DNA of 56,570 bases from Patescibacteria group bacterium (GCA_013387205.1 WARV01000011.1:1-56570), one strand, 5' to 3'; positions 46,421 to 56,570 are shown, counted from the first letter of the stretch. Program-made: numbers and translations. The notes: a model not told the origin generated them from the letters alone.

Positions 46421-48304
46421 CTATAACGAAAGTTTTATAAGTTCCGCTAAGCGCTCGCCTACGACTGCCGCAAGTTCGTCCAAACTGGCTTGGCGGATGT
46501 TTTTGACTGTGCCGAATTTTTCTTTCAAAAGTTTTTTAGTTTTATGGCCTATGCCCGGAATGTCGTCAAGCGCGGACCTGACCGCTTGCTTGCTGCGCAG
46601 GTTCCTGTGGTAAGTTATGCCAAAGCGGTGTGCTTCGTCCCTTAGGCGCTGCAATAACTGCAGGGCAGGGTTGTCTATTGGCAGCACAATGGGATCTTTT
46701 TTATTAGGCAAATATATTTCTTCCAGCCTTTTTGCCAAACCAATCACTGGAATTTTGAATTTGGAATTTTGAATTATGGAAGCCGCAATCCCTAATTGTC
46801 CTTTTCCGCCATCAATGACAATGAGGTCGGGTATCGGCCAGGTATTTTTGTCTTTAATGCTTGATTCTTGATTCTTAATTCTTACTACTCTGCGTTCAAG
46901 CATTTCCTTCATCATCGCAAAATCGTCAGGTGTGGATTTGGAGCGGATCTTGAACTTGCGGTATTCGGATTTTGCAGGCAAGCCGTCTTTAAACACTACC
47001 ATGCTGCCTACGGCATTGGTACCTTGGATGTTGCTGATATCGTATCCTTCAATCCTTTTTGGGACAGAAGGCAGGCTGAGCTGTTCTTTAAGCTCGGTAA
47101 GCCCGGCGTTAATCCGGTCTAAGTGCCCGGCTTGGCTTGTTAGCCAGTTTTTCAAATATTCGCTCGCATTGGTTTCGCCCATAGTCATTAGTTCCTTGGT
47201 TTTGCCTTTTTTGGGAACAGAAATATCCGCCTTTTTGGAAAACCTGGCCTTGAAAAGTTCGGTTAGAGTTTGCCTGTTGTCTATTTCGTAAGGGATGTAG
47301 ACGCGGGACGGGACGCTGCTAGTTTCCATATAATAATTTTCCAAAAAAGTTTCGAGTACTGTGCCGGTGGCACGCCCTGCATACAGCGATGTGTCGTAAA
47401 CGAAATTTTCTTTGTCGAACAGCTTGCCTTTCCTGACTTTAAATAAATTGGCGCAGGCATAGCCCTGGTCAAAATTTATTGATACCACGTCCCAGTTTAC
47501 GGCTTTGGGTAAAATGACAATTTGTTTTTCTTCCAAAAGCTCTAAAGATTTCAACTGGTCGCGGATTTTGGCCGCGGCTTCGAAATTTTTTATTTTGGAT
47601 TGCCTGGCCATCTCATTCTTTAATTCTTTGATGACGCCGGACGTGTTGCCGGATAGGAACATGGCAATTTTTTCCAGTTGTTTGTTGTATTCATCTAAAG
47701 TAATTTTGCCTACGCAAACTCCAGGGCAGCGGTGCAGATAATAATAAAAGCAGGGCCGGCCGGAAACTTCCTGAGCTGAACAGTAGGGGAAAATCCTGCG
47801 GATCATGTTTAAAGTGCTGCGGATTTTGTACGCAGCGGTAAAAGGACCGAAATAGCGCGCTTTTGGCGTCATCCTGAACGAAGTGAATGATCTTTTTTGT
47901 TGAGATTCTTCGTCGTCTGACTCCTCAGAATGACGCCGAAGATCGTCAATCTTCCTTACTATTACAATCTGAGGTATTTGCGTTGAATAATCTATTTTTA
48001 TAAACGCGTAGTTTTTGTCGTCCCGCAGCATGATGTTGTATTTGGGAAGGTACTGCTTTATAAGCGTGCTTTCCAAAAACAAGCTTTCCAGTTCGCTGCT
48101 GACTACTATATAATCCACGTCCGTGGCTTCTTCCATCAAGTAGGGGATTTGTTCGCGCTCGTCGTGGCCTTTAAAATACTGGTTGACCCTGGCTTTTAAG
48201 TTTTTCGCTTTGCCAACGTAAATTACCTCGCCGCCTTTATTGTAAAATTTGTAGACGCCAGGAGATTTTGGAATGTCCTTGATTTTGTTTTCCAAATTAT
48301 TCAT
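46421..48304 (-). CDS. uvrC: Excinuclease ABC subunit C
   Basis: PGVY..YVGKAKNL, YDISN, DGGKGQL, RDEAHRF and HhH motifs. Start ATG at 48304. Confidence 0.96.
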   Translation of the reverse strand: MNNLENKIKDIPKSPGVYKFYNKGGEVIYVGKAKNLKARVNQYFKGHDEREQIPYLMEEATDVDYIVVSSELESLFLESTLIKQYLPKYNIMLRDDKNYAFIKIDYSTQIPQIVIVRKIDDLRRHSEESDDEESQQKRSFTSFRMTPKARYFGPFTAAYKIRSTLNMIRRIFPYCSAQEVSGRPCFYYYLHRCPGVCVGKITLDEYNKQLEKIAMFLSGNTSGVIKELKNEMARQSKIKNFEAAAKIRDQLKSLELLEEKQIVILPKAVNWDVVSINFDQGYACANLFKVRKGKLFDKENFVYDTSLYAGRATGTVLETFLENYYMETSSVPSRVYIPYEIDNRQTLTELFKARFSKKADISVPKKGKTKELMTMGETNASEYLKNWLTSQAGHLDRINAGLTELKEQLSLPSVPKRIEGYDISNIQGTNAVGSMVVFKDGLPAKSEYRKFKIRSKSTPDDFAMMKEMLERRVVRIKNQESSIKDKNTWPIPDLIVIDGGKGQLGIAASIIQNSKFKIPVIGLAKRLEEIYLPNKKDPIVLPIDNPALQLLQRLRDEAHRFGITYHRNLRSKQAVRSALDDIPGIGHKTKKLLKEKFGTVKNIRQASLDELAAVVGERLAELIKLSL

Positions 48305-48385
48305 AAGTGTATTATAACTATCGATATTGCTAACGTCCAATCATCTTTTCAACGGCTAAAACGATGTTTTAGCCGTTGGTATAAG

Positions 48386-48553
48386 TTGGCCAAAGATGCT
48401 CTTTGACCATGTGTCATTGCGAGTGCATCCGACCTGTCCTCCGTAGCTTTAGCGAAGGGGGAAGCAATCTTATCAATGAGTGATCGCCGTGTTGCCCTGC
48501 GGGCTCCTCGCGATGACATAATGAGATCTTAGTCAAAGAGCACCTTTGGCCAA
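48386..48553. repeat. Composite palindromic element (sibling of 32704-32954)
   Basis: Shared GTGTCATTGCGAGTGCA.CCGACCTGTCCTCCG..TAGCTTTAGCGAAGGGGGAAGCAATCT and flanking CAAAGAGCACCTTTGGCCA. Confidence 0.75.
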
Positions 48554-48611
48554 TAGCGGCTTTGACATATTCATCAACAATAAGTATAATCTGTCCTAAG
48601 AAGGGGGAAGC

Positions 48612-48764
48612 ATGGTTTTCAGCGGAATCTACGATTTTTGCGCCAAGACAATGTGCGGAGCACTTTTGCTTACTGGTTCTCTGTACGTATCGGCAATGTA
48701 TTTGCTCATCGGTCTTGCGTTCGTGGCGGATTTCACCATCAAGTTTGTTTTACATATAGCCTAA
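48612..48764 (+). CDS. 50-aa hydrophobic small protein (not in ORF track)
   Basis: MVFSGIYDFCAKTMCGALLLTGSLYVSAMYLLIGLAFVADFTIKFVLHIA*; follows a TTGACA..TATAAT promoter and G-rich RBS. Confidence 0.45.
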   Translation: MVFSGIYDFCAKTMCGALLLTGSLYVSAMYLLIGLAFVADFTIKFVLHIA

Positions 48765-48775
48765 GGAGAAAACAG

Positions 48776-48964
48776 ATGTTCCAGGATCTGGTTGTAAAAG
48801 ATGTCAATCCGAACGACCTCAGTATGCCTGTTGTCAAATCCATGGTCAATGAGAAGTTCGGCAAAGGTGCAATTCCAAAAGGATGGGCAATGAGAAAGCC
48901 GTTAAAACCCGAAGATGGGAACGGCTCTGGCCACCTCGCAATTGTTTACAAGATAGCTTGTTAA
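48776..48964 (+). CDS. 62-aa hypothetical protein
   Basis: AAGGAG RBS overlapping the previous stop codon; hairpin downstream. Confidence 0.5.
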   Translation: MFQDLVVKDVNPNDLSMPVVKSMVNEKFGKGAIPKGWAMRKPLKPEDGNGSGHLAIVYKIAC

Positions 48965-49214
48965 ACCTTTGCGCCCAAGGCGCTGGCTTACACGCATTTT
49001 GCGTGCTTAGCTAGCGCCTTGATTTTATTTAATCAGGTTTGCCCCTAGTCCCTTGCTTACCCTTGACATTCGTGGTAAAATTATGACTAGTTTATCTGCA
49101 AAAATATAATCCGAATTGCCCGAATAATCCGCCAGCTGGCGGACCAAATGACCCGAAAAGGGAAGAAAACATTTGGGGCATTCGGATGCTAATTCGGGGT
49201 ATTAGGATTCTACT

Positions 49215-52118
49215 ATGGGTAACGATATTATTTCTATCCGCGGGGCGCGGCAGCACAATTTAAAAAATTTGGACGTGGATTTGCCAAGGAACAAGCTCGT
49301 GGTCATGACCGGCTTGTCCGGAAGCGGCAAATCGTCTTTGGCTTTTGATACTATTTATGCCGAAGGACAGCGTCGCTATGTGGAAAGCTTGTCAGCTTAC
49401 GCCCGCCAATTCATTGGCCTTATGGACAAGCCGGATGTGGACAAGATTGAAGGCTTGTCCCCGGCGATTTCCATTGACCAAAAGAGCGCGTCGCATAACC
49501 CCAGGTCCACTGTCGGCACTGTCACGGAAATTTACGACTACATGAGGCTGCTTTGGGCACGCGTAGGTATTCCGCATTGTCCGGTTTGCGGCAAAAAAAT
49601 CGTCGGCCAAACTCCGCAAGCCATGGTTGACCAGCTCATGAATTTGCCGCAAAACACCAGGCTCATTTTGCTGGCCCCGTTCATCAAGGACCAAAAAGGG
49701 GAGCATAAAGTTATTTTTGAACAGATTAAAAAAGCCGGTTTCGCCCGCGTGCGCGTGGACAAGGTGATTATGGATTTGAACGAGGCGCAGCGCCTGAATT
49801 TGGACAAGCAAAAAAAGCACAGTATTGACGTGGTGGTCGACAGGATAACAGTCTTGCCGTCTGACAGGGGGCGTATTGCCGAAAGTTTGGAAAAAGCTTT
49901 GGATTTGGGAGACGGCCTTGCTATCGCGTTACGTGTAAATTCAGCCGATGTAGGGGCGGATCTTATCCGCCCAAATGACGGGAAGATGAGATCTTCCCCT
50001 ACAGGGAATACCGAAATTCCCCTCTCTCAAAAATTCGCATGTCCGGACGGGCACATCTCGCTAGCCGAGCTGGACCCTCGAGACTTCAGCTTTAACAGCC
50101 CGCATGGAGCTTGTCTTGATTGTAAAGGTTTGGGCACCAAGCTGACCGTGGAGCCGGATTTGGTTATTCCAAATCCCAAATTGACTTTGGCCGAAGGCGC
50201 TATCCGTCCCTGGAGCAAAACCACTTCCAGGCTGTCATGGTACGGCAGGATTTTGGAAGCCGTGGCCAAAGAATACGGGTTTTCTACCAATACTCCGATC
50301 AAGGATTTGCCAAAGAAAATTGTGGACGTTATTCTATACGGCACGGGCGACAAGAAAGTCAGGGTTTCCGGGGAATTTTCTTCCCGCGACGGGCAGTTTG
50401 AAATGAACACTGCGTTCGAGGGTGTTATCAAAAATTTGGAAAGGCGCTACAAAGAAACCGATTCCGATTACATGCGCGGCGAAATTGAAAATTACATGAG
50501 AATTCGGCAGTGTCCGACCTGTAAAGGCCAGCGCCTTAAGCCCGAAGTCTTGGCAGTGACAGTCGGCGGCAAGGGGATTGTGGAAGTGGTAAATATGACC
50601 ATTGAAAAAGCGGCTGTTTTCTTTAAGGACTTGGCGAAAAATTTGTCGCAAAAAGATTCTACTATTGCCAGGCAGGTGCTAAAGGAAATAAACGCGCGTT
50701 TGCAGTTTTTACTGAATGTCGGGCTGTCTTATTTGTCTTTGGACAGAACTGCTGACACGCTCTCTGGCGGGGAAGCGCAGCGCATCAGGCTGGCAACCCA
50801 AATCGGTTCCGGGCTGACCGGCGTGCTCTATATATTAGATGAGCCGTCCATCGGCTTGCACCAGCGCGACAACAGGAGACTGCTGGAAACCTTAAAGGAT
50901 TTGCGCGATTTGGGCAACACTGTCATTGTGGTGGAACATGATGAAGAAACTATCCGCGAAGCTGACTGGGTAGTGGATATTGGCCCAGGCGCAGGCAAGC
51001 ACGGCGGCGAACTGGTGGCTCAGGGTAAGCCGGTTGATATAGAAAAAAATTCCAAGAGCTTGACCGGGCAATATTTGGCCGGTAAGGAATTTATTTCCGT
51101 GCCTCCCAGAAGGCGCCCGGGTAACGGCAAAAAGCTGTCGATTTTCGGGGCAGAAGAATTTAACTTAAAAGGGGTGAATGTCGATATTCCTTTGGGAAAA
51201 TTTGTCTGCGTGACCGGCGTGTCCGGCAGCGGCAAATCGACTTTGCTCAATGATATTTTAGCCAAGGCCCTTTATAGGCATTTCTTTAACAGCAAAGACG
51301 AGCCGGGCAAGCATAAAAAAATTTTGGGGCTGGACCATTTGGACAAAATCATCAACATTGACCAAAGTCCCATTGGCCGCACGCCGCGCTCCAACCCGGC
51401 TACATATACCGGAGTCTTTACTCCTATCCGCGATTTATTCGCCTCAACGCGCGAAGCTGAGATGCGCGGTTACAAAGCCGGCAGGTTTTCGTTTAACGTC
51501 AAAGGCGGCCGCTGCGAAAAATGTTTCGGTGACGGCGTACTGCGCGTGGAAATGAATTTCCTGCCGGACGTCTATATCACCTGCGACGAGTGCCACGGCA
51601 AACGCTACAACCGCGAAGCTTTGGAAATCCATTACAAGGAAAAAACCATTGCCGACGTTTTGGAAATGACCGTGGACGAAGCCAAAATGTTTTTTGCCAG
51701 CATTCCGCAAATCCACAAGAAACTGCAGACTTTGAGTGAAGTCGGATTGGGTTACATGAGGCTGGGGCAGAACGCCACGACGCTGTCGGGCGGGGAAGCG
51801 CAGCGCATCAAGCTGGCTTCCGAATTATCCCGCGCCTCAACCGGGCGCACGCTTTATCTGCTCGACGAACCGACCACTGGTTTGCACTTTGCGGACATTA
51901 AGAGATTAATCACCGTGTTAAACAAGCTGGTGGAAAAAGGCAATACCATTGTTGTCATTGAGCATAACTTGGACATGATAAAAACTTCCGACTGGATTAT
52001 TGACCTTGGCCCCGAAGGCGGGGACAAAGGCGGGGAAGTGGTGGCTGTGGGGACCCCGGAAGACGTGGCTAAGGTGAAGAAAAGTTATACTGGACAATAC
52101 CTAAAGAAAATTTTGTAG
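49215..52118 (+). CDS. uvrA: Excinuclease ABC subunit A
   Basis: GARQHNLKN, two Walker A motifs ([16 protein letters not shown]), two LSGGEAQRI signatures and zinc fingers. Confidence 0.98.
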   Translation: MGNDIISIRGARQHNLKNLDVDLPRNKLVVMTGLSGSGKSSLAFDTIYAEGQRRYVESLSAYARQFIGLMDKPDVDKIEGLSPAISIDQKSASHNPRSTVGTVTEIYDYMRLLWARVGIPHCPVCGKKIVGQTPQAMVDQLMNLPQNTRLILLAPFIKDQKGEHKVIFEQIKKAGFARVRVDKVIMDLNEAQRLNLDKQKKHSIDVVVDRITVLPSDRGRIAESLEKALDLGDGLAIALRVNSADVGADLIRPNDGKMRSSPTGNTEIPLSQKFACPDGHISLAELDPRDFSFNSPHGACLDCKGLGTKLTVEPDLVIPNPKLTLAEGAIRPWSKTTSRLSWYGRILEAVAKEYGFSTNTPIKDLPKKIVDVILYGTGDKKVRVSGEFSSRDGQFEMNTAFEGVIKNLERRYKETDSDYMRGEIENYMRIRQCPTCKGQRLKPEVLAVTVGGKGIVEVVNMTIEKAAVFFKDLAKNLSQKDSTIARQVLKEINARLQFLLNVGLSYLSLDRTADTLSGGEAQRIRLATQIGSGLTGVLYILDEPSIGLHQRDNRRLLETLKDLRDLGNTVIVVEHDEETIREADWVVDIGPGAGKHGGELVAQGKPVDIEKNSKSLTGQYLAGKEFISVPPRRRPGNGKKLSIFGAEEFNLKGVNVDIPLGKFVCVTGVSGSGKSTLLNDILAKALYRHFFNSKDEPGKHKKILGLDHLDKIINIDQSPIGRTPRSNPATYTGVFTPIRDLFASTREAEMRGYKAGRFSFNVKGGRCEKCFGDGVLRVEMNFLPDVYITCDECHGKRYNREALEIHYKEKTIADVLEMTVDEAKMFFASIPQIHKKLQTLSEVGLGYMRLGQNATTLSGGEAQRIKLASELSRASTGRTLYLLDEPTTGLHFADIKRLITVLNKLVEKGNTIVVIEHNLDMIKTSDWIIDLGPEGGDKGGEVVAVGTPEDVAKVKKSYTGQYLKKIL

Positions 52119-52431
52119 TGACAAATTTATAATATCAGGATATCTAAGGGGCGCCTTGTGCAGGTTGCCCCTTAGTTTTATTCAGTAAAATCAGGCATTT
52201 TGAATGGCTCAACCCCGGTTGAGCCATTCATCATTTTTATAGTAAGAGTATTTGCAGTTTCCCGTTTTTTAATAATAGCTGTTATACCCAAAAAATATCC
52301 TAATTTTTCTTTAAGGGGCTTTTGTTTTAAGAAATAAAATCCAATTGATTTAAGCGGTTTTTCAGCTTAAGTCTTTTTGGGATACTTCAATAACAAAGAA
52401 TCAATAGAAACAGTAAAAATATAGAAAAGTC

Positions 52432-55400
52432 ATGAAAGTAAATGTCATATACCAGCAGCCGCCGGAAAAGATAAAAAAAACTCCGCTAAAAACTAAGACT
52501 TACAAAGATGCGGGTAGCCAAGAAATCGGCCTGGTAGATTATCTACCTGGGCCGGATTTGGAATTTGAAAAAAACTTGCCGCATACTGTTTTGGCTGAAC
52601 ACGAAACTGCGGCAAAAATTTTGACCAAAGGCCAAAAGGTTTTAATATTGGCCGCCGGCGTGACTTTAACTGCGGCTTTGATTGTAAATTGGCATGCCGT
52701 AGTTTTCAGCCTGCTGGCGGCGTTTACGATAATATATTTTTTCGATTTGGTTTTCAGTATGGTTTTGGTTTTCCAAAGTTTTAAGGCCGGCCAGGAAATT
52801 ACAATCTCTGAATCGGAAAAAAATACAGCGCCGATTGGCGGCTGGCCGCTTTACACCGTATTTTGTCCCTTGTACCACGAATGGCAGGTGGCGCCGCAGT
52901 TCGTTAGAGCCATGCAGGCTTTGGATTATCCTAAAGACAAATTGGAAATATTTTTATTGCTCGAAGAAGATGATGAGGAGACTGTAAATAAAATCGGCGA
53001 ATTGCAGCTGCCCGAAAACATTAAAGCCATTGTTGTTCCCCATTCTTTGCCCAAGACCAAGCCCAAAGCTTTGAATTACGGCTTGCGTTTTGCCCGCGGA
53101 GAATTTACGGTCGTTTATGACGCCGAAGACGTTCCTGATTCCGACCAACTCAAGAAGGCTGTGACGGCTTTTGCCAAATCTTCGGACAATACCATTTGCG
53201 TCCAGGCCAAACTGAATTTTTATAACCCGCGGCAAAACCTGTTGACCAAAATTTTTACCGCCGAATACAGTTTGTGGTTCGATTTAATTTTGCCCGGACT
53301 GCAGGCGCTTTTTGCGCCTATCCCTTTGGGCGGGACGTCCAACCATTTTCGGACCAGCGCCATAAAACAAATTGGGGGCTGGGACGGTTACAATGTCACC
53401 GAAGACTGCGATTTGGGGATTAGGATTTCCAAAAAAGGCTATCAGACCAGGATAATGGATTCGACCACCTGGGAAGAAGCTAATTCCCAATTCGGCAACT
53501 GGTACCGGCAGCGCAGCCGCTGGGTTAAAGGCTACATGCAGACTTACCTGGTCCATATGAGGCAATGGAAAGAATTTATTTCAAGCGGCAGGCGCCGCAA
53601 TCTTTTCTTTTTCCAGCTGACCGTGGGCGGAAAAGTTATTTCCATGTTCGTGAATCCTTTCATGTGGCTGTTCACCATCGCGTATTTTTCGTTCCGGCCG
53701 CAGGTTGGGCCGATTATCGAATCTTTTTTTCCAAGCCCTTTGCTTTACATGGGAGTGTTTTCGTTCGTTTTCGGCAACTTTTTTTATTTATACAATTACA
53801 TGATCGGGCTTGCCAAGCGGGAATTTGACGGGCTTATTAAATACGTTTTTTTCGTGCCGCTGTATTGGCTGGGCATGAGTTTAGCCGCATGGAAAGCTTT
53901 ATACGAATTGGTTATTAAACCCCATTACTGGGCTAAAACCAAACACGGTTTGCATTTACAGAAGCAGTCAAAGCCCCAAAAGATTCAAGAAGAAAAGCAA
54001 AAGCTAAATATGTGGCCGGGTTTGAAAAATGCCTGGCAGGCTGTTAAAACAAATTTGTTTGCTTTCAGCGGAAGTTTTTTGGTAGGCGCGGTTATTGCTT
54101 CGGATTTTACCAATTTTTTGTTTACTGTCATGCTAGGCAGGTTTTTGAGCTTGGAAGAATTTGGTGTGATTGTCCTGTTTAACAACTTCATGCTGTATTT
54201 GGCAATTATCACTTCCGCTTTGGCCGCTACCGTCAATCACCGGGTGGCTTTTCTTACTGCCAAAGGGACTGCTTTAGGAGGCAGTGTCTTTCGTGTCGCG
54301 ACAAAAAAGAAAGCACTGGCCGCGGCTTTGGGTTTCACTTTACTGTGGCTTTTAAGCTCCACTTTACTTGCCGCCTTTTTCAATGTACCCAATGTGTATT
54401 TGGCTTGGCTGTTTTCGCCCGTGGCGGTTTTCGGGTTTATGGCAGCCACTGACCGCGGGTTTTTGCTTGGCACATCCAGTTTTATTAAAGCAGGTACTGT
54501 GCTTTTGGCCGAATCCGTGGTGAAATTTTTAGTGTCTGGAATTTTAATCTTGCTTGGTTTGCAAATGTGGGTGGCGGCGTCTTTGCCCGTATCTTTAGGA
54601 TTCGCTTTCCTGTTGACTTGGTATTTGGCCCGCGTAGCCGAAAAGCAATCTGGCAAAGAAAACACGCTGGCCGTAAACAAACAGGATGCCAAGCGCTTTC
54701 CGCGCAGGTTTTTTACCGCAGCTGTTTTAACCGGCTTGTCTTCAACTGCGTTTTTGAGCCTGGATGTCATTTTGGCCAAACATTTTTTGGGAGTTTCCGA
54801 AGCCGGGCAGTATGCCTTGCTGTCTCTCATTGGAAAAATGGTTTTTTATTTCGGTTCGCTGCTTAGCGTGTTTATTATCACCTTTACCAGCCAGGATGAA
54901 GGGGCAAACAGGAATCCGAACCATAGATTCTATAAAATTTTAAAATGGACTTTGCTTCTTGTCGGCTTGGCCTGGGTGCCTCTGGGCCTTCTTGGTAAAT
55001 TCACCGCGCCATTGATTTTTGGCGCCAAAGCCGCAAACCTTGGCCCCCTTTTGCCGCTTTATACCGCGGGCGCCGCGCTTTATGCCATAGCTAACGCTTT
55101 TGTGGTTTATCATTTGGCCCGCAAGCACCTACTGTTCTCTTTTGTCTCTCTTTTCAGCGTGGCGCTTTTGGCCATAGGGATATTTAAATACCACGATTCT
55201 ATTGCCAGTCTCGCCCACGTGCTGTTTGCGGTTTCTTTGGTAAATTTGATTTTAATGGGCCTGCTTCATCTGCTGCAGCGCAACGGCCGGTTTATTGTCA
55301 GGAACCTGGTTGATTTGGTTGACGCGTTTTTCCCTTTAGCCCAGCCCCGTGCGGCCTTAGGAGGTAAAAGGATTTTAGTTTTCAACTGGCGCGACACCAA

Positions 55401-56451
55401 ACATGTATTTGCGGGGGGAGCCGAAGTTTATATTCATGAATTAGCCAAACGCTGGGTAAAAGAAGGCCATCATGTCACGGTGTTCTGCGGCAATGACGGA
55501 CAAACCTCCCGCCAGGAAACAATTGACGGAGTCAGGATTATAAGGCGCGGCGGCTTTTATATGGTTTACGTCTGGGCTTTTGTCTATTATCTGTTGCAGT
55601 TCCGCGGCAGGTTCGACCTAATCATAGATTGCGAAAACGGCATCCCGTTTTTCACCCCGCTTTATGCCAAAGAAAAAGTGGTTTGTTTGCTGCATCATGT
55701 GCATCAACAGGTTTTTAGGAAATATTTAATCGCGCCTTTGGCATTTTTCGCATCCATTTTGGAAAACCGGGTCATGCCTTGGGCATACAGGCAGGCTAAA
55801 TTCATTACCATCTCCGATTCTTCCAAAGATGATTTATTGGACCTTGGTTTGGGATTAAACGGCGTGAAGATAATCCACCCGGGCATAAACTTAGATGTTC
55901 TGCGTCCCGGCCAAAAAGAAAAATTTCCCTTGGTACTTTATCTGGGAAGATTAAAAGCGTATAAATCCGTTGATGTGCTGATAAAAGCTTTTAAAAATAT
56001 TGTCGCCAAGATTCCGCAAGCGCGGCTGGTGATAGCCGGCAGCGGGGAAGAAGAGCGGAATTTAAAAAACCTGGCGGCGGAACTGGCCTTAAGCCAGGTA
56101 ATATTTGCCGGCAAGGTCAGCGAAGAGGAAAAATTGAGCCTTTTGCAGAAAGCCTGGGTTTTGGTTAATCCTTCCATGATTGAAGGCTGGGGGATTACCA
56201 CTATTGAAGCCAACGCCTGCAGTGTGCCAGTGGTCGCAGCTGACGTGCCAGGCCTGCGCGATTCCGTGAGAAACCCCCATACTGGCTACCTGGTGCCGCA
56301 CGGCGACGTGGAAGGGTTTAGCAGGAGAATTACCGAATTGCTTATGGACCACAAGCTCCGGGGAAAAATGGGAAGATATGCGGTGCTGTGGGCTAAAAAA
56401 TTCGACTGGAACAATATTTCTGAGCAGGGACTGAAGGTGATATACGAATAA
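52432..56451 (+). CDS. Three-domain fusion: processive GT2 glycosyltransferase, Wzx/MOP-like flippase and GT4 (GT-B) glycosyltransferase
   Basis: KPKALN, YDAED, TEDCD and QRSRW (GT2); a central block of many TM helices; GGAE, LGRLKAYK and EGWGITTIEA (GT4). Confidence 0.88.
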   Translation: MKVNVIYQQPPEKIKKTPLKTKTYKDAGSQEIGLVDYLPGPDLEFEKNLPHTVLAEHETAAKILTKGQKVLILAAGVTLTAALIVNWHAVVFSLLAAFTIIYFFDLVFSMVLVFQSFKAGQEITISESEKNTAPIGGWPLYTVFCPLYHEWQVAPQFVRAMQALDYPKDKLEIFLLLEEDDEETVNKIGELQLPENIKAIVVPHSLPKTKPKALNYGLRFARGEFTVVYDAEDVPDSDQLKKAVTAFAKSSDNTICVQAKLNFYNPRQNLLTKIFTAEYSLWFDLILPGLQALFAPIPLGGTSNHFRTSAIKQIGGWDGYNVTEDCDLGIRISKKGYQTRIMDSTTWEEANSQFGNWYRQRSRWVKGYMQTYLVHMRQWKEFISSGRRRNLFFFQLTVGGKVISMFVNPFMWLFTIAYFSFRPQVGPIIESFFPSPLLYMGVFSFVFGNFFYLYNYMIGLAKREFDGLIKYVFFVPLYWLGMSLAAWKALYELVIKPHYWAKTKHGLHLQKQSKPQKIQEEKQKLNMWPGLKNAWQAVKTNLFAFSGSFLVGAVIASDFTNFLFTVMLGRFLSLEEFGVIVLFNNFMLYLAIITSALAATVNHRVAFLTAKGTALGGSVFRVATKKKALAAALGFTLLWLLSSTLLAAFFNVPNVYLAWLFSPVAVFGFMAATDRGFLLGTSSFIKAGTVLLAESVVKFLVSGILILLGLQMWVAASLPVSLGFAFLLTWYLARVAEKQSGKENTLAVNKQDAKRFPRRFFTAAVLTGLSSTAFLSLDVILAKHFLGVSEAGQYALLSLIGKMVFYFGSLLSVFIITFTSQDEGANRNPNHRFYKILKWTLLLVGLAWVPLGLLGKFTAPLIFGAKAANLGPLLPLYTAGAALYAIANAFVVYHLARKHLLFSFVSLFSVALLAIGIFKYHDSIASLAHVLFAVSLVNLILMGLLHLLQRNGRFIVRNLVDLVDAFFPLAQPRAALGGKRILVFNWRDTKHVFAGGAEVYIHELAKRWVKEGHHVTVFCGNDGQTSRQETIDGVRIIRRGGFYMVYVWAFVYYLLQFRGRFDLIIDCENGIPFFTPLYAKEKVVCLLHHVHQQVFRKYLIAPLAFFASILENRVMPWAYRQAKFITISDSSKDDLLDLGLGLNGVKIIHPGINLDVLRPGQKEKFPLVLYLGRLKAYKSVDVLIKAFKNIVAKIPQARLVIAGSGEEERNLKNLAAELALSQVIFAGKVSEEEKLSLLQKAWVLVNPSMIEGWGITTIEANACSVPVVAADVPGLRDSVRNPHTGYLVPHGDVEGFSRRITELLMDHKLRGKMGRYAVLWAKKFDWNNISEQGLKVIYE

Positions 56452-56570
56452 TAATATGATACTAATATACTAATGGTACTAATGATACCAATAATACGAA
56501 TAATTACTAAGAATAATCTTCTAAGAATATTAGTATTGTTAGTATCATTCGCATGTATTCGTATATTGGT

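Overview
This is a 56.6-kb bacterial chromosome segment (genetic code 11). The gene set, surface-protein motifs and repeat-rich spacers suggest a CPR/Patescibacteria organism, which is an inference. The right two-thirds is a housekeeping backbone: rsgA, ABC exporter, csoR-trxB-gdh, efp-rpsR-ssb-rpsF, ychF, PMM/PGM, trpS, rnj, tRNA-Leu, SBP, secG, uvrC, uvrA and a GT2-flippase-GT4 fusion, interleaved with small orphan genes. The left ~18 kb is accessory. It holds an IS30 end, a radical SAM/SPASM enzyme with an unannotated 26-aa CxxC peptide, tRNA-Glu, and an AT-rich island bounded by a degenerate copy of the tRNA 3' end. The island carries an operon of five small paralogous helix+HTH proteins, an HTH-AlbA_2 (Schlafen-like) protein and an Swt1-like HEPN protein, which is the best candidate for an undescribed defence or toxin system. 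Next come three secreted paralogs sharing an N-terminus but with swapped carbohydrate-active C-termini, and a REP-associated Y1 transposase. A ~150-nt structured RNA with covarying stems occurs three times. Palindromic repeats sit in-frame inside ychF, uvrC and uvrA. All calls come from reading motifs by eye; no database searches were run.
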